Source of the DNA: a virus
Lineage: Duplodnaviria > Caudoviricetes
Length of the DNA stretch: 27,441 bases
IMG/VR virus record: IMGVR_UViG_3300017774_005026
Coordinates: 1 to 27,441 of that record
Strand: one strand, 5' to 3'
In this document: in pieces, positions 9,767 to 18,134 of the stretch
Layout: each line of letters starts with the position of its first letter
Numbering within the stretch: the stretch's first letter is position 1
Translations under genes and position numbers: made by a program
The notes under the pieces: model-generated
Seen by the model: the letters and a program-made list of their open reading frames with translations, nothing else
Told to the model about the DNA's origin: nothing
Database searches by the model: none

Positions 9767-9990
9767 GCGGAATTTTAACTAAGATATTGCTTGCGTTTTC
9801 CAGTATCGGGGCATTCCTTTCCTTGCTTTGGGCGTGGGGGCGTGAGCAATTTAAGAGGGGGCGGGACGATGAAAAGCGAAAGAGCGACGCGGAAACCATT
9901 GAAACTGTCAAAAAGGCTAATGACGCTGTGCTTCGTTCCGACCCTTCTCTTGATGCCAAGCTGCGCAAGCGATACGGCATCGGGAAATGA
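9763..9990 (+). CDS. inner-membrane spanin (Rz-like)
   Basis: N-terminal TM segment then charged helix; overlapped by a lipoprotein ORF. Confidence 0.6.
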   Translation: MSGILTKILLAFSSIGAFLSLLWAWGREQFKRGRDDEKRKSDAETIETVKKANDAVLRSDPSLDAKLRKRYGIGK

Positions 9991-10096
9991 TTTTTGCCTT
10001 ATAACCCGCCCTGAGTGGGTTAAGACTATAGAACATGCGCGGGTTTATGACTGTCTATGTCATCCCCAGCCAATTGACACGAATTGCAATCAATAA
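9920..10096 (+). CDS. outer-membrane lipoprotein spanin (Rz1-like)
   Basis: Hydrophobic stretch ending LLLMPSC (lipobox-like), Cys-rich mature part, overlapping the i-spanin 3' end in another frame; start uncertain. Confidence 0.6.
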   Translation: MTLCFVPTLLLMPSCASDTASGNDFCLITRPEWVKTIEHARVYDCLCHPQPIDTNCNQ

Positions 10097-10108
10097 AAGG
10101 AATCGAAA

Positions 10109-10471
10109 ATGACAATTACAATCTCATCTCTCCTTGAGGGCGACGCTCAGAATATTCAGTGGATTGGTATAACAACCAACCAATATGGCGAGCCATACCG
10201 CCGCTCACAGTATAATGACAAATGCGTGCAGGTTTTGGGGAACTTTGGTTCTGGCGCAACGGTCACGCTATACGGCTCATGCCTGCGCTCACCTAACCTT
10301 GCAAGCGACACTGATTGGTTTATCTTGACCGACACAACCGAAACCAACCTTGCATTTACATCCGCATCGGGTGCGCAAATTCTGCAAAACCCACGCTGGA
10401 TTAGGCCAAAAGTCACAGGCGGCACATCGCCCGCTGTTAATGTTCACATCGAAGCAATGAAGGCGTCCTAA
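10109..10471 (+). CDS. beta-rich virion accessory protein
   Basis: AAGG RBS; VQVLGNFGSGATVTLYGS..W..PRWIRP pattern typical of small phage structural domains. Confidence 0.5.
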   Translation: MTITISSLLEGDAQNIQWIGITTNQYGEPYRRSQYNDKCVQVLGNFGSGATVTLYGSCLRSPNLASDTDWFILTDTTETNLAFTSASGAQILQNPRWIRPKVTGGTSPAVNVHIEAMKAS

Positions 10472-10473
10472 AA

Positions 10474-10920
10474 ATGAGCGAACTTAAAAAAATTATAACA
10501 TCAATGCTGAATGACAAGATTTCGGCTGAAAACTGCCGCACAGCTCTTGCGGAGCTGGAAGGCATGGCGCAAGCGGAAAAAGACCTTGCGCAAAAAAACG
10601 AAGCCTTGAAAAAAGAGCTGGCTAAGAACGAAAACGCCAATGAAAAAGCCAAGGCCATTTTGTCCGATGCACAAGCCAAGGCAGACAAGGCTATTTTTGA
10701 CGCTAAAGAAAAGGCGCTGGTTATTGAACAGGATGCTAAGGATGCAGCCGAGCAAGTAACGCAAACAGCTAAATCAGCCGTCTTGACGCTTGAAAGCAAA
10801 AAGAAGGCGCTGATTGAAGATGTTGCCAGTCTTGAATCTGCCAAGGCCCGCGCTGAAGCCGATGCAAAAACAGCCGAAACTAAGCTTGAAGAAATCCGCG
10901 CAAAACTCCGGAGCATCTAA
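10474..10920 (+). CDS. coiled-coil protein
   Basis: 148 aa Ala/Lys/Glu heptad-rich. Confidence 0.65.
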   Translation: MSELKKIITSMLNDKISAENCRTALAELEGMAQAEKDLAQKNEALKKELAKNENANEKAKAILSDAQAKADKAIFDAKEKALVIEQDAKDAAEQVTQTAKSAVLTLESKKKALIEDVASLESAKARAEADAKTAETKLEEIRAKLRSI

Positions 10921-10928
10921 TATAGAAA

Positions 10929-13019
10929 ATGGATGGCGGCTTTCAAATATTAGACGCAATGTCGCCAATCGGCCCACGTATCGGGGCAGCGGCAGGCCCG
11001 GACCGCTATTGGGTTGGCGGTGCAGCTACGTGGGATGGTACTGCCGGGACCAAATGGGCGAGCTCTTCTGGCGGCGTCGGCGGGGCTTCTGTGCCTACAT
11101 CAGCGACCAACGTATTTTTTGACGCTAATTCAGGCGCGACGACCTGCACCCTGTCCGCCTCTTCTGTCTGCGCTAATTTAAACTGCACCGGGTACACGGG
11201 AACCATTTCACACCCGGCGGCGACTACGCTAACGATTCACGGAAGCCTAACGCTTGTTGCTGGTATGACATATACACTAGGCAACACGGCAACCTCAGCG
11301 ATTACATTCGCATCCACATCAACAGGCAGAACGATTAACACAGGCGTTAAAAACGTCGGTAATATCGTGTTTAACGGCGTTGGTGGGGGCTGGACACTAT
11401 CAGCCGCTATAACACAAGCTGCGGGGGCTTCGTTTACCGTAACAAACGGTAATTTCAACAGCGGCAACCAGACGATGAGCGTTGGAACATTCTCGTCGGC
11501 AAACTCGAACACCCGCACAATTACGCTTGGTTCCTCTACGGTCAACGTGGCAACCTCATGGGATACTGGAACAACAACAAACCTGACATTCAGCGCTGGG
11601 ACATCTCAAATCGTTGTGGCGGTTGCTAATACTGTCTTCTCAGGCGGCGGCTTGACGTTTGCCACAGTGACGCACTTAGGCATGACCGCAACGCGCACAA
11701 TCAATGGCGCGAACACCTATGGCACATTATCGGTTTCATCGGGAGCCAGTGTTTCCGGCGACCTATCACTGTCAGCTAATCAAACGGTTTCGGGGACGTT
11801 CAAAGCGGATGGAAACAGCGTAACGCAGAGATTGTTTGTGCGCTCTAACACAATGGGAACGGCGCGAACCATTACGGCGGCAACAGTAGCTTGCACCAAT
11901 ATAGACCTGAGAGACATTACAGGCGCTGGCGCTGGGAGCTGGAACCTGTCTGCGATTTCAGGTCTTTCCGGCAATGGCGGCGGCAACAGCGGGATCACGT
12001 TTACAACGCCAAGCACGTCCTATTGGGTCGGCGGAACTGGTAACTGGGCAACCAAGGCCGAATGGTCATCATCCTCCGGCGGTACTGCCGATAATCACCG
12101 CGTTCCGCTATTGCAGGATACGGCTGTATTCGATGCGAACTCGTTCTCTGCTGGAAGCCAGACCGTTGATATTCAATCAACTCAAGCGCCTAGAATGTGT
12201 AACATCAGCGCCAGCGCGGTTACAAATAGTCCGACATTCACACGCGGCGGAACATCGGTTGAATACTATGGCGGATTCGTCATGGGAACCGCGACAATTA
12301 CCAACACAACCACAATTTACACTTTTGTAGGGCGCGGCTCACACAATATTAATCTCGGAACCTCTCCAGCGGCCACAGCGGTTACAATAGAATCTTTTGG
12401 CGGAACCTACACATGGCAGGCAGGCTATACGGGAACCACGTATACGCACACACGCGGAACGGTTGATTTCAATGACTTCAACTTCACGTGGACAAGCACA
12501 TTCGCCTTTAGCAACAGCAACACAAAAACAATCACGATGGGTAACGGCACGTTTACCCTTTCAGGAACCGGAACATTGTGGAACGCTGGGGCGACTGGCA
12601 CAACCTTTAACCGTGAAAGCTCTACAATCGACTTTACGAACACCAGCGCGACGACAAAGACCATGGCAGGCGCGGGATTGTCTTATAACAACGTCCGTGT
12701 TCGCGGCGCTTCTGGCGCGGCAACCTTTACCTTTACGGGCGCAAATACAATTGCATCTCTAACGCTTGACCCGAACGCAAACACGAGATGGCCAAACGCC
12801 ACAACCAACACGATCAACGCCGTCAGCATCAACGGCACATCAGGTAATCTTGTGGTCATACGTTCCACCAGCGGCACTGCCACATGGTCTGACTCGGCAG
12901 GCACAAACGCTATGACATTCTGTAATATTACGAGCATGACATTCACAGGCGGCGCAACGTGGACGGCCACAAGCAGTACAAACGGCGGCGGCAACACTGG
13001 CATCACAATTACACCATAG
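10929..13019 (+). CDS. large Thr/Gly/Ser/Asn-rich adhesin-like fibre protein
   Basis: 696 aa with two homologous halves, each beginning YWVGG..W...W.SSSGG...VP....FDANS. Confidence 0.65.
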   Translation: MDGGFQILDAMSPIGPRIGAAAGPDRYWVGGAATWDGTAGTKWASSSGGVGGASVPTSATNVFFDANSGATTCTLSASSVCANLNCTGYTGTISHPAATTLTIHGSLTLVAGMTYTLGNTATSAITFASTSTGRTINTGVKNVGNIVFNGVGGGWTLSAAITQAAGASFTVTNGNFNSGNQTMSVGTFSSANSNTRTITLGSSTVNVATSWDTGTTTNLTFSAGTSQIVVAVANTVFSGGGLTFATVTHLGMTATRTINGANTYGTLSVSSGASVSGDLSLSANQTVSGTFKADGNSVTQRLFVRSNTMGTARTITAATVACTNIDLRDITGAGAGSWNLSAISGLSGNGGGNSGITFTTPSTSYWVGGTGNWATKAEWSSSSGGTADNHRVPLLQDTAVFDANSFSAGSQTVDIQSTQAPRMCNISASAVTNSPTFTRGGTSVEYYGGFVMGTATITNTTTIYTFVGRGSHNINLGTSPAATAVTIESFGGTYTWQAGYTGTTYTHTRGTVDFNDFNFTWTSTFAFSNSNTKTITMGNGTFTLSGTGTLWNAGATGTTFNRESSTIDFTNTSATTKTMAGAGLSYNNVRVRGASGAATFTFTGANTIASLTLDPNANTRWPNATTNTINAVSINGTSGNLVVIRSTSGTATWSDSAGTNAMTFCNITSMTFTGGATWTATSSTNGGGNTGITITP

Positions 13020-13028
13020 GGGTATACG

Positions 13029-13208
13029 ATGGATGAATTTACAGGCGATTTTATTATCACAAACAACGGAAATGCGCCGTTGCCGCTTTATGACGGTGAC
13101 AGGTTGGTGACCACGATTCCGGCAGAAACAACTTGTTTCGGATATGTGCGAACCCCAGAAATGGCGCTAGTTTTTGATGGCGAGCGCATTGTTGTAACAC
13201 AAGTATAA
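13029..13208 (+). CDS. hypothetical protein (59 aa; not in ORF track)
   Basis: AGGGG RBS, MDEFTGDFII...; fills the gap between flanking genes. Confidence 0.65.
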   Translation: MDEFTGDFIITNNGNAPLPLYDGDRLVTTIPAETTCFGYVRTPEMALVFDGERIVVTQV

Positions 13209-13220
13209 GGATAAACTAAT

Positions 13221-13889
13221 ATGAGCTTACAGATTCAGGCCGGAGCAACCGATCAAACCGTTTATGTGTTTATTCAGAACTCATCCTTAACCACAGGCGC
13301 GGGCTTAACAGGCCTTGTTTTTAACTCGGCGGGTCTGACGGCTTATTATTGTAGAGAGCGAACCGCATCGGCAGTTATAACCCTTGTAACACTGGCGAGC
13401 GCCACGGCTGCACATTCAGACGGTGGGTTTATTGAGGTGGATGCAACAAACATGCCGGGCGTATACCGCCTTGACTTGCCTGACGCGGCTGTATCTTCTG
13501 GAATGGAATCTATTATCTTGCTTAAAGGCGCAACGAATATGTCGCCAGTAGCTAAAGAAATTCACCTGATTGCCTTCAATCCACAAGTTGCAAACTTGGC
13601 CGCAAACGTCACCACGATGGCGGCAAACGTGATTACGGCCTCGGCGCTGGCTACTGACGCAGTTACGGAAATGGCAGAAGGCTTGCTGAAAATCGACATG
13701 TCCACTATTACGGGCGAGGCTTCGCGCTCACCGCTAAATGCCTTACGTATTCTGCGCAATAAAATCAGCACTGTCAGCACACCCGGAAACGTTGATGTGT
13801 TTAAAGAAAATGACGCAACGCTGGCATGGACGGCAGCTCTTACCACAAGCTCAAGCGCAGACCCAATCACATCCGTTGACCCAACATAG
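13221..13889 (+). CDS. virion accessory/fibre-associated protein
   Basis: AAGGA RBS; Thr/Ala-rich; EVDATNMPGVYRLDLPDAA motif of a type seen in phage structural accessory genes. Confidence 0.55.
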   Translation: MSLQIQAGATDQTVYVFIQNSSLTTGAGLTGLVFNSAGLTAYYCRERTASAVITLVTLASATAAHSDGGFIEVDATNMPGVYRLDLPDAAVSSGMESIILLKGATNMSPVAKEIHLIAFNPQVANLAANVTTMAANVITASALATDAVTEMAEGLLKIDMSTITGEASRSPLNALRILRNKISTVSTPGNVDVFKENDATLAWTAALTTSSSADPITSVDPT

Positions 13890-13899
13890 GTGAATTATT

Positions 13900-14370
13900 A
13901 TGGCATGGTACGACTTAACAACAGAACAGCAGCAGGCGCTTTATCACTGGCCGACTTTAGACGCTGCCGAAGTCAGCGAGCTAAAAGCCTTGGTTAATGA
14001 CGTCAAGACGCAGTTGCCATTGGCGATTGTGGCGCTTGGCGGTACAGACCCCGGCCCGATCTTAGGGGCTGTTCTGGGGGGCTCTTTGGCGCAAGGAACG
14101 GCTAGTGTATTTAGCGATTATGATGTTTTCATATTTATGCAGAACCAAGGCTCAGTAATTAATAAGGATGACCCAGCAATAGCTAAGAATGCGTTTGGCC
14201 ATTTGCTTCAATACAGACAAAAGCTTTACGACTTGCCGCGCCGCGTAAATGTGTTTATTGGCCCTTTCGGACAGTTTTATGACCGCAATGGCAATGATGT
14301 TTTTGGCTATGACTTAGAAACGGACGCGCTGTACACGACATTGGCGGAGTGCCGCAATGCCTATAACTAG
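13900..14370 (+). CDS. Pol-beta-superfamily minimal nucleotidyltransferase-like protein
   Basis: AVLGGSLAQGTASVFSDYDVFIF matches hhhGS-x-A-x-G-x5-SDhDhhh. Confidence 0.65.
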   Translation: MAWYDLTTEQQQALYHWPTLDAAEVSELKALVNDVKTQLPLAIVALGGTDPGPILGAVLGGSLAQGTASVFSDYDVFIFMQNQGSVINKDDPAIAKNAFGHLLQYRQKLYDLPRRVNVFIGPFGQFYDRNGNDVFGYDLETDALYTTLAECRNAYN

Positions 14371-14959
14371 TTTTACCGCTTATCCGCTAACCAACTATAT
14401 TGTTGACGTCTTTGGTGACTGGGCTAACTTTGAAGAACTGTCCATCACATTTTCATTCGGGGCGCGTTTTACTGACTTGCAGTATTTCGAGGATGTCAGC
14501 GGCGACTACCCAGCGCCTATCCCATCAAATGCCACAATCACGCGGTTCGAAGTTTACGTAAACGCAAACACAGAATTAACAAACGCTGATTTGCGCTGCG
14601 TTCTGCACCTAGACGGGGTTTACACGGCGGCGGACGCGATTGTAAACGGCGTAAGCCCTACCTCTGATGAACTAGTATTTGATTTTATTCTTAGCGGCGG
14701 CCTGACTGATTTTCTTGCGGCCAATGGTGGCATAAGCGCTCTTAATAATAGCACGTTCGGCTTTGCGCTGTTTAGCGGCGGAAACTCAAACAGCCTGACG
14801 CCCGATGTTATAAACGTGTTTTCCCCTAATTTGTTTATTGAGTACGAAACTCCCCCCGGGGGGTATTTCTCTATTTTTGGCCTGTGGCTTGGCGGGCGGC
14901 TGGGTGCAGGCGCGGACGCGCCTAGTTATCGCCCTGTGTTTCGAGTTCGAAGACGATAA
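14357..14959 (+). CDS. acidic beta-rich protein with Arg-rich C-terminus, probable virion accessory
   Basis: GGAG RBS; 200 aa; ends RPVFRVRRR. Confidence 0.55.
   Translation: MPITSFTAYPLTNYIVDVFGDWANFEELSITFSFGARFTDLQYFEDVSGDYPAPIPSNATITRFEVYVNANTELTNADLRCVLHLDGVYTAADAIVNGVSPTSDELVFDFILSGGLTDFLAANGGISALNNSTFGFALFSGGNSNSLTPDVINVFSPNLFIEYETPPGGYFSIFGLWLGGRLGAGADAPSYRPVFRVRRR
14915..14958 (+). repeat. direct repeat A1 (copy A2 at 15308-15351)
   Basis: 42/44 identity by manual alignment. Confidence 0.9.
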
Positions 14960-14962
14960 TAG

Positions 14963-14993
14963 AAAAAGGGCACACTGCAATGCACCCTTTTTT
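14963..14993. terminator. probable bidirectional rho-independent terminator between convergent late and early arms
   Basis: AAAAAGGG...CCCTTTTTT imperfect hairpin with A/T tails on both sides. Confidence 0.65.
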
Positions 14994-15038
14994 AAATGTC
15001 CTAAAACTGTCTAGTCACAGCCTAAGGATCGGTAGTTC

Positions 15039-15230
15039 TTATAAGGACGAGTTTATCCCATCCGGACTGCCACAGTCAAGGCAGTTCTTGCAAGCAGCAC
15101 GGAGAGCGATGGAAAAAAGCTCGATTACAATTTCCCGAGAAGACCCATAATAGCCTGTGTCAAACGGCGGAAGAGCCTTCAAGCCATCCAATATCATCTC
15201 TTCGGTAACAATAATATTTTTACAAGGCAT
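15039..15230 (-). CDS. hypothetical protein (cassette X)
   Basis: 63 aa, AAGGA RBS, C-terminal Cys cluster. Confidence 0.55.
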   Translation of the reverse strand: MPCKNIIVTEEMILDGLKALPPFDTGYYGSSREIVIELFSIALRAACKNCLDCGSPDGINSSL

Positions 15231-15251
15231 TTTAAGAATCCTTCTTAGGAA

Positions 15252-15299
15252 TTAAAGCAACCTCACACGGCATACTGTCTATATAACAATCGCTGAGCG
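15252..15299 (+). repeat. direct repeat B2 (copy B1 at 15760-15807); orphan 3' fragment of the 77-aa gene
   Basis: 44/48 identity; minus strand reads SDCYIDSMPCEVAL vs SDCYIDGMPCEVAL. Confidence 0.9.
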
Positions 15300-15307
15300 C
15301 TGCGGAT

Positions 15308-15351
15308 GACGTGCCTAGTTATCGCCCTGTGTTTCGGGTTCGAAGACGATA
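15308..15351 (+). repeat. direct repeat A2; orphan 3' fragment of the 200-aa gene
   Basis: Reads DVPSYRPVFRVRRR vs DAPSYRPVFRVRRR. Confidence 0.9.
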
Positions 15352-15378
15352 TCAACGGTTTTGGCGGCAATAAATTGG

Positions 15379-15738
15379 TTATTTGCCAAGCTTAACAGAG
15401 CCGCTCGTAAACGTGCAATCTTTTGTGCGCTCAAAGAAACGATCCCATTTATATGCCAAATCCCGCCTGTGTACCTCAAGGGGGTCTTTCGCGGTCAGGT
15501 ATTTATCTCTAATGTCCGTAATAAAAAGGGTTACGTTTGGTGAAATAGTAAAATCAATAGATGTTTTTACCTCATAGACGTCCGCTGGCTCTGTTATAAT
15601 TGTGGTATGAGAAAACCCCTTAAACACAACTGCATCACAAGGCGGAACCGGTTTTGTAAGAACATAGGTATCCTCGCCTATTTTTAAGATAAATTCTGCG
15701 TTGTCAGGCGTTATAATTATTTTATCATTGTGCGTCAT
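15379..15738 (-). CDS. hypothetical protein (cassette Y)
   Basis: 119 aa, GGAG RBS, overlaps upstream gene. Confidence 0.65.
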   Translation of the reverse strand: MTHNDKIIITPDNAEFILKIGEDTYVLTKPVPPCDAVVFKGFSHTTIITEPADVYEVKTSIDFTISPNVTLFITDIRDKYLTAKDPLEVHRRDLAYKWDRFFERTKDCTFTSGSVKLGK

Positions 15739-15958
15739 TTTCAGAATCTCCCACTAGAGTTAAAGCAACCTCACACGGCATACCGTCGATATAGCAATCG
15801 CTGGGCGAAGGCTCGCAAACCCCTGCATTGATCTCGCATGAACCGTCTTCCACAACCGCGTATTCATCGGCAGTTGAGAATGTAGCGCCGATGGTGGTGC
15901 TGGTCTGGGCGTATGCGGGCGCGGTTATGAGCATCAGGAATAGGGCAAGGCGAGTCAT
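15725..15958 (-). CDS. small secreted Cys-containing protein
   Basis: Signal peptide MTRLALFLMLITAPAYA; four Cys; acidic. Confidence 0.65.
   Translation of the reverse strand: MTRLALFLMLITAPAYAQTSTTIGATFSTADEYAVVEDGSCEINAGVCEPSPSDCYIDGMPCEVALTLVGDSENDAQ
15760..15807 (+). repeat. direct repeat B1
   Basis: 44/48 identity with 15252-15299. Confidence 0.9.
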
Positions 15959-16251
15959 GAACGTATCTCATTTGTATTACAATCAGGGCATTTATACGAA
16001 ACTATTCTGTCCCTATTTTGACAATAAATCCCTATTTTACGCGAGAAATGCGTTTCAAGTCGCGGGTCATCATTCCAGCGTCCGTCTTTTACGTCTGCCT
16101 CAAAGGCTTCATAATTACTAGGAAAGGGCATGTCGTCATATATTTTAAATTTATGCGGACTATTGAAGGGAGTGGGGTCTTCTATCTTTTCACCTTGCCA
16201 ATCAGCGCCACATTTTTCACAAAATCTTTCAGTTTTATTCATTCTCTTCAC
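15955..16251 (-). CDS. Zn-ribbon protein
   Basis: CEKC...CPDC. Confidence 0.65.
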   Translation of the reverse strand: MKRMNKTERFCEKCGADWQGEKIEDPTPFNSPHKFKIYDDMPFPSNYEAFEADVKDGRWNDDPRLETHFSRKIGIYCQNRDRIVSYKCPDCNTNEIRS

Positions 16252-16480
16252 CTATGCGTATGATTTTTCTGGTTGTTTTTAACGGCTTCGATCCCATTAA
16301 ATATTGTCGCTCTGCATAGCCTGAGATGCTTACAAAACTAACGGCTACGTATCGCGGCGAGGCTTTGCGCCAATCGTTAAGCTTGTGCCACAAGCGCCAG
16401 AAGCTTCGCCCGGTTTCTATGACAACTGGATCAAACTGGCCATAGCTTTCCCACTCGATAATGGCGTATTTATCCATCAT
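16235..16480 (-). CDS. hypothetical protein
   Basis: ATGA coupling at 16477-16480. Confidence 0.6.
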   Translation of the reverse strand: MMDKYAIIEWESYGQFDPVVIETGRSFWRLWHKLNDWRKASPRYVAVSFVSISGYAERQYLMGSKPLKTTRKIIRIGEENE

Positions 16481-16764
16481 CGCCCCAATGCGTGTTTGAG
16501 AAGGGCGAGATATATTGAATAAGCGTTTAAGCAAAAGCGCTCGTGCACGTAAGCTTCAGGATATTCGCCTTTTTCCAAAAGCTCGTCGTACTCTTTTCCT
16601 GCCATAAGCAAGCGCTCTGCGGCCTCCCTTGCCGCTTCCGGCGTTACGGGTGCGGGGCGGGCATGGCCATGCTCAAGCCATTCTTTAATGACTTCGTGTG
16701 CTACACAGCCCGGCTTGCATTTCCATTCGGGGTTAAATTTATCGGGCTTGATTTCATCGGTCAT
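16477..16764 (-). CDS. hypothetical protein
   Basis: AGGAG RBS; coupled within the operon. Confidence 0.65.
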   Translation of the reverse strand: MTDEIKPDKFNPEWKCKPGCVAHEVIKEWLEHGHARPAPVTPEAAREAAERLLMAGKEYDELLEKGEYPEAYVHERFCLNAYSIYLALLKHALGR

Positions 16765-16912
16765 TTTCGGTCTCCTGAATAGCCTCTAAAAACGGCGGCT
16801 TAACCCACCCAAGCCTGTAAAGGTGCTGCGCCCATAATGGTGATCTGGCAAGCAATGCCCTGTCTAATGCGGCGTTTGCATGTGCAGCGGCTTTGATAAT
16901 GCTATCGGTCAT
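16754..16912 (-). CDS. hypothetical protein (52 aa; not in ORF track)
   Basis: GAGG RBS, MTDSIIKAAAH... Confidence 0.55.
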   Translation of the reverse strand: MTDSIIKAAAHANAALDRALLARSPLWAQHLYRLGWVKPPFLEAIQETENDR

Positions 16913-17055
16913 TTATCACCTCTAAACGTCACAGGGGCAAGCGACAGCGCAAACAGCAGAACAACCCACCAAGGCAGATCGCCAAGCCCCGGCACATTTA
17001 GCGCTGCGGCTAAGTGGTCGTCATAGCAATACCAGAATAAAAATAATAACGGCAT
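16909..17055 (-). CDS. small hydrophobic membrane peptide (48 aa; not in ORF track)
   Basis: MPLLFLFWY...PWWVVLLFALSLA; coupled on both sides. Confidence 0.55.
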   Translation of the reverse strand: MPLLFLFWYCYDDHLAAALNVPGLGDLPWWVVLLFALSLAPVTFRGDK

Positions 17056-17525
17056 CACTCACCCCCTAAGAAAAGCGCAATGTCTTCTGGCTTGAATGCG
17101 TCGATGAACTGCTGGGCTTTTTCGCGGGTAGGGAATACGAGTTTTGCGCCAACGCATATATTGTGCGTTGCGAGGTTTGGAAATGCGATATTTTCGGAAT
17201 AATCATGCGTCACAACCCATTTTTCCTGCCTCATATCCCGCCCATTCGGACGCCAGCTACCGACAATCTCGGCGTATTTTTTCCACATGCGTGCGACAGT
17301 TTCGGCGTTTTTTGCTTTCAGATAGATATTGCCTGTGACATACCGATGTTGTTCATAACCGAAATTCATCCAAACCCCCGCGTCTACAACGCCGACCGTT
17401 GAGATGGTGTAATATCCCGTCCCATACGCAGGATACCCAGCCTCCGACGCTTCGATAATTTCTTTAAGGCGTGCCAGTTCGGTTTTTAGTTCGTCGATAC
17501 GCTGTTTTGCTTGGTCTTTGTTCAT
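17055..17525 (-). CDS. hypothetical phage protein
   Basis: AAGGA RBS; N-terminal coiled coil; FPTREKAQQFI motif common in phage early proteins. Confidence 0.7.
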   Translation of the reverse strand: MNKDQAKQRIDELKTELARLKEIIEASEAGYPAYGTGYYTISTVGVVDAGVWMNFGYEQHRYVTGNIYLKAKNAETVARMWKKYAEIVGSWRPNGRDMRQEKWVVTHDYSENIAFPNLATHNICVGAKLVFPTREKAQQFIDAFKPEDIALFLGGE

Positions 17526-17830
17526 TGTGTTTCCTTCATGATTTTTTCTTGCGCATCTTTAAAATTGTTTATGACATCGTTAAGGCGGGATATTTCGGCC
17601 CTTTGCTTAATTAGCGTATCAATCAATTCAACAACCGCCTTGGCATCATCTGGGTTTTTATTGCCGTCAATTGTCAAAACGGCGGTTTCCGCCTGTCTAA
17701 AATCATGATCATAATTGCCGGGATACGTGCGCCACGATGCATAATGTTCGCGCGTCATATAGCCATTTCCGGTTTGAATGACTTCAATGCGATACCATGT
17801 TTTTGGTTCAGGTGTTTTGTTCTTTCTCAT
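17522..17830 (-). CDS. hypothetical protein
   Basis: GAGGA RBS; C-terminal coiled coil. Confidence 0.7.
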   Translation of the reverse strand: MRKNKTPEPKTWYRIEVIQTGNGYMTREHYASWRTYPGNYDHDFRQAETAVLTIDGNKNPDDAKAVVELIDTLIKQRAEISRLNDVINNFKDAQEKIMKETQ

Positions 17831-17852
17831 GTTTATTTCCTCTCGTTAAATC

Positions 17853-17921
17853 TGGAGACGCGGGGCCGGACGTCCGGCATAGCCTAGTGCGATACGTCTA
17901 TCCACACCACGCACCCGCGCC
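17853..17921 (-). ncRNA. tRNA-like structured RNA ending in UCCA (non-canonical)
   Basis: GGCGCGGG/CCCGCGUC acceptor-like stem, U, CCA; adjacent GCCGG-ACGU-CCGGC arm; fills an intergenic gap. Confidence 0.5.
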
Positions 17922-17930
17922 ATAGTTAAA

Positions 17931-18134
17931 TTACCACTCCCGCGCTTTTTCAAGAACGTCTTCATAATTCTTGGCCGCTATCAATAATGCTCGTTTACCG
18001 TCGATATTCTGGCAAACACTGGACATTCTGCGCAGGTCAATAACAACCTGACCAAGTAAATCCATGGTTAGCTTTAAGCAGACTTTTTCTATCGGCAAGT
18101 TATCGTTTGCCATGATGATTCTATCGGATTTCAT
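17931..18134 (-). CDS. hypothetical protein
   Basis: GGGGG RBS before ATG 18134. Confidence 0.6.
   Translation of the reverse strand: MKSDRIIMANDNLPIEKVCLKLTMDLLGQVVIDLRRMSSVCQNIDGKRALLIAAKNYEDVLEKAREW

Noticed and set aside
15008-15021. Third operator copy CTGT-CTAGTC-ACAG
   Set aside because: 6-nt spacer and no associated promoter; likely chance.
14915-15807. Diversity-generating retroelement TR/VR pair
   Set aside because: Mismatches are few and not adenine-specific on either strand, the repeats are under 50 bp, and there is no reverse transcriptase in the window.
17853-17921. Canonical functional tRNA gene
   Set aside because: No 7-nt UUC T-loop and no proper anticodon stem; kept only as a tRNA-like element.
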